This document shows positions 57,907 to 64,000 of a stretch of 64,000 bases of DNA, piece after piece (position 1 is the stretch's first letter; each line of letters begins with the position of its first letter). The notes under the pieces were generated by a model. That model did not search any database. It was not told the origin of the DNA and was given only the letters and a program-made list of their open reading frames with translations. This stretch comes from Eledone cirrhosa (Eukaryota). The DNA is taken from NCBI GenBank assembly GCA_964016885.1, contig OZ024750.1, positions 45,260,001 through 45,324,000 of the forward strand. Direction: 5' to 3'. The translations under genes and the position numbers were made by a program.

Positions 57907-60068
57907 ATGCGAAAACACAACATTGACTTCTCTACCAAGAACATCCCAATCCCACCGAAAAAACTTTACCTTCGGATGCTCACGCAAAAAATCGATCTAT
58001 TTGCGAAAAGACTTAGATGGAGAACTTTTTTCTATGACAGATATTGCGACAACCAAGACTTCGGCACCAAGGAGAGATTCGGATTTATTACCTACAAATC
58101 TCCGCCCCTGAACCCCTTGCTCGCACCCTTCGAGAATGACCTCTTCCAACTGGCCAAGAACATTAAATTTTAAACCCAGACACAACCGATTCCTACAAAA
58201 ACTCCGTAGCAACTTAACAGAGTATGATAACACAAATGACATCATGGTGCATTCGGATAAAACTGGGAACCTATACTTTGTCAACCCTGACAGATACCAC
58301 ACACTGATCAGGAGCAGCCTAAACTCCACCTATAAAAAGGCCAACCACTCTTGCATCGAGGACATAAATCGAGATGGACAACAAATCACCTCCAGCCTCG
58401 GGGTCGCCGACCGCACGGAACCTCTAGACCCACGGACACCATACTTCACACTGAAGGACCATAAATCCGATTTTGACCGTAAACCCTCTATCAGGCTTAT
58501 TAACCCAACGAAGTCCGACATAGGGAGAATCAGCAAAAAAATCCTAGACCGCGTGATACCAAAAGTCAAGCAACACACCCGACTTAGCCTATGGATCAAC
58601 ACCCAGGAAGTAATCTCCTGGTTCAGCAATATGGAGGATAAACGAGAAACTAAATTCATACAGTTCGACATAGGGAGCTACTATGCTTCAATCACCTTAC
58701 CGCTACTTACTGCCGCCTTGGACTTCGCCGAAACACTCGTGCCCATCACCGACCAGGAAAGAAAAATCATCCTCCACGCCAGGAAGACAGTCTTACTCTT
58801 TGACGACTCTAAATGGATAAAAAGAGCTCCCGACTCACCCTTCGACGTCAGCATGGGCGCCACGGATTCGGCGGAGGTCACTGATCTTATAGGATTATTC
58901 CTAATAGCCAAACTCACTGATATGTTTCCTGCATTCGGTGGTGGATTGTACCGTGATGATGGGCTCCTTACCCTTAAAGGGTACAACCCCAGTTGCACAG
59001 ATCGGGTCCGGAAACAATTAATCAGATTCTTCCGCGACTGGGGATTTAAAATAAGCCTACAAACGTCCCTGACCCGAGTAAACTTCCTGGACGTGACCCT
59101 CGACCTCGAAAACGACCTGTACTACCCATACAGGAAACCTAATGACAATCTGCACTACATCCACCGCCGATCAAACCATCCTAGGAATATCACAAACAAC
59201 CTGGTCAAAAACATCTCCCTCCGCATATCCCGTTTGTCAGCTAATGAGCGGATATTTGATGAACATGCGCCTTATTACAACCAGGCCCTCAAGCGGAGTG
59301 GTTTCCGGGAGGAAATATCCTACTGTCCAGCTCCCATTACTGGAACCAGCAGGAGACACCGCCGCTCACGCAATGTAACATGGTTCAATCCTCCCCACAA
59401 CGCAGAGGTGACTACTCCCATCGGGAAACTATTCTTTAGGCTCATTGAAAAACACTTCCCATTACAACACCGCTACCACAACATAATTAACAAAAATACC
59501 ATCAAACTCTCTTACAGCACTACACCAAACTTCGCACAAAACATCGTCTCCTCTAACAACAAAAAACTCAACCCCGATGGCAGAAATAACCTAAATAGCA
59601 GTGGAGAACCGACCAGGAGGTGGTAACTGCCCGGATAGATCTATTTGCCCACTCGACAATAGATGCAGAGACCGTAATGTGATCTACCAGTGCAACGTGA
59701 GGACGGATACCTCCAACAAAGCCTATATAGGACTTACCGCATGTGACTTCAAGACCCGGCTATACCAACATAGACATACCTTCCGAAACCCGGCCCGGCG
59801 TCACGCCACTACACTTGCGGGCCACATATGGGACCTCAAGGACAACAACATCACCTATGATCTCACTTGGAGATTACTGTCCAGAGCCAATTCTTACACG
59901 GGAGGACGCCGTCCGTGCAATTTATGCTCGGAGGAAACTTTACAAATGCTGTTTTCGACGGACCAACTCCTAAACAAGAAAGATGAACTGGTTACTGCAT
60001 GTAAACATAGATTGCGTAGGACTTACCTCGCCCTCAAACCCCATAATGACCCGGGGGGGGTAGACTAG
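57907..60068 (+). CDS. Hydra-type PLE polyprotein (RT + GIY-YIG), about 719 aa if two single-base insertions are removed
   Basis: FSTKNIPIP..KRLRWR; SDKTGNLY; TLKDHK..RLINP.KS..G; FIQFDI..YY.SI; FDVSMG..D.AE; GLYRDDGL; VNFLDVTLDL; SNHP; WFNPP; C.C-x5-CPL..C; NVIYQC..YIGLT; CNLC.EE. Frame jumps +1 at about 58170 and about 59622. Confidence 0.9.
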
Positions 60069-61171
60069 TGCTATAACACCCCACTTGCCGATTTTGCAAT
60101 GGGTAACCCCTGCTTGCCAAGGAAGACGTAAGATCTTCTTTGTATTCTTTTATCGCTTCCTTTATTTCCTTCCCCCCTCTCTCCCTTGTCCTTCTACCCC
60201 AGCTCTTCTCCTTTGTCGGCGTCTTTTCTCGCCCACCCGAGGCTGCCCTTTGGCCCCATGTAGCCTTAGTACCCCCACCACCCCCTCCCCTAGTCTATGA
60301 TAGATTTGGCGGACTCCGCCCTTTATAGCAGTTGGCTTAGACCCCGGACACTTGCCCCCTTTTTCCGACCGCTCCCACTATTCTCTGTGCCCTCTATATT
60401 TCTTAGTGGCACTTATGCCTTATTTTTTCGTTTCAGTATTTCTTGCTTCGCTTTTCTTCTGGGCGGGGTGGATTCTGAATTTATTTCTCCGTATTCTACC
60501 TTTATTTCGTACGAACTTTCATGTAGCTTGTTTTAGATCTTTTAGAGTTAGCATTAGTATATATTTTTCTCGGGACTCAGAATTATCATCTCGTACAAGT
60601 TCACTTTGCTGCACTGGGTCGTTGCTGGCCCGGGATGGAAACCTTTATTGTTTATTTCGTGGTAGTCTCTTTAGTATTTTGGCCCCTTTTGTTGACCCGT
60701 CACCGTATCATTTACGTACTTATACCTCTTAAAAGGGTCCTTGCCTATTCCGTCCCACCTAGTTCTTTTACTTATTTCGTTATTTATTTATTTATTTATT
60801 TATTTACTTCTTTCTTTCTTTATTTATTTTATTCTAGCCTAACAATAGCCTGACACCTAGGTCGTAGAATTTAATTTACTTTACTTTTTTCTTTACACTT
60901 ATTTGCTTTTCTTCACTCTCAGTATTCTTTCTTTCCTATTTCTACCCCCCATTGTTCTACCTACCGTTCCGACTTCCTCCCCCTCCCCCTCCCCTGTATC
61001 TTCTTTGACCTCATGCCCAGCTGTAGCTGGCACTACCAACGCTTGATTGGGTCTACTCCACCCCTCCCCTTCTTTCTCCTACTGGCAGGTTTAGCCACCG
61101 TCTCGCCTACTAATTTGCAACCACAGAATTACTACTGATTTTTGACAATCACTTTGACCATATATGGAATT

Positions 61172-61265
61172 ACCCCTTGAGAAGATCGGCTATTTAAATA
61201 CCAGGATAAATTTTCATTTAGTCCAGAATTAGCCGTCGAAACGGCTTGAGCTCAGCTGTCGGGGT
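61172..61265 (+). ncRNA. Family D hammerhead with U3-A8 core (predicted GUC cut after 61260)
   Basis: ACCCC-TTGAGAA-GATCGGCTA...TAGCCGTC-GAAA-CGGCT(TGAGCTC)AGCTG-TC-GGGGT. Confidence 0.78.
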
Positions 61266-61356
61266 CTTACTGGTTCCTATTACCCACTCTACTACCTCAA
61301 GTATTGAGTACTTTGGTGCGTTATGGTCCAGCTGGTTCCTTACCACATTTCCTTCG

Positions 61357-61399
<43 letters not shown>

Positions 61400-61400
<1 letters not shown>

Positions 61401-61800
61401 GTTATTCCGGGTTGAATCGGAGGTAACCACAGTAAGTAAGGTACTCAATACATAGCAGAGTATAACAGTTTTAATATAGATGAGATTCTACAGGACTAGA
61501 ACTGTTTCATTCATTAGAAATCATCAGTAAGGTACTCAATACATAGCAGAGTATAACAGTTTTAATATAGATGAGATTCTACAGGACTAGAACTGTTTCA
61601 TTCATTAGAAATCATCAGGAATCATGCACAAGAACTTTGCAACATTCAAACACTTTAAGCCAGTGTTAAAGCCCGATGGCTAAAAACGACCTCCCCCTAT
61701 TGGCCCCTATACCTCCTCCCCACCCTACCCCCACCCCTCCTCAACCTGAAATACGGCCACTATGGTCATGTGAGTACCTCTTTCGTATCTACTTTTTCTG
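61400..61800 (-). mobile_element. Family C PLE 3' end with 91-bp tandem duplication; complete HHR at 61575-61623
   Basis: Minus: GATTC-CTGATGA..GAAA-CAG..CTG-TA-GAATC; 61437-61527 is repeated at 61528-61618. Confidence 0.8.
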
Positions 61801-61859
61801 CCTGTAGAGGTGTCTTTATGTGCCTGTGTATATGCGTATATTTATTGAGTACCTATTTA

Positions 61860-64000
<2,141 letters not shown>

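Larger units (their letters stand above)
57860..61358 (+). mobile_element. Near full-length Hydra-type PLE with 1.3-kb 3' UTR and family D pseudo-LTR ending in (TA)n
   Basis: ORF, pyrimidine-rich UTR, HHR and tail in order; no 5' pseudo-LTR is visible. Confidence 0.88.

Noticed and set aside
58169-58175. UUUAAAC -1 slippery heptamer
   Set aside because: The downstream RT frame is +1, not -1, and the heptamer is out of phase.

Overview
Eukaryotic, AT-rich, microsatellite-saturated intergenic or intronic DNA. It is most likely cephalopod (Octopus-like), inferred from the tRNA-derived SINE family and the (TA)n/(CA)n density. No host gene is convincingly present, and nearly all ORF-track entries are microsatellite artefacts. 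The real content is retroelements. (1) A near-intact Penelope-like element (PLE) of Hydra-type architecture (RT, CxC-x5-C-x5-C linker, C-terminal GIY-YIG) lies at 57907-61358 and is broken only by two +1 single-base insertions. (2) There are two more Hydra-type 3' fragments, a Neptune-like GIY-YIG fragment and a Penelope-type RT remnant. (3) A decayed R4/Dong-like LINE, RTE 3' ends, RTE-tailed short elements, a Helitron and tRNA-SINEs are also present. The main hidden signal is a set of about 25 hammerhead-ribozyme (HHR) motifs, intact and decayed, from about 10 sequence families. They sit in PLE pseudo-LTRs and in short fold-back modules inserted in (TA)n. They include non-canonical cores (compensatory U3-A8 UUGANAA in two unrelated families, CAGAAGA in a third), palindromic helix-III loops suggesting dimer-dependent cleavage, and large helix-II inserts. 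All folds were derived by eye and none has been tested.
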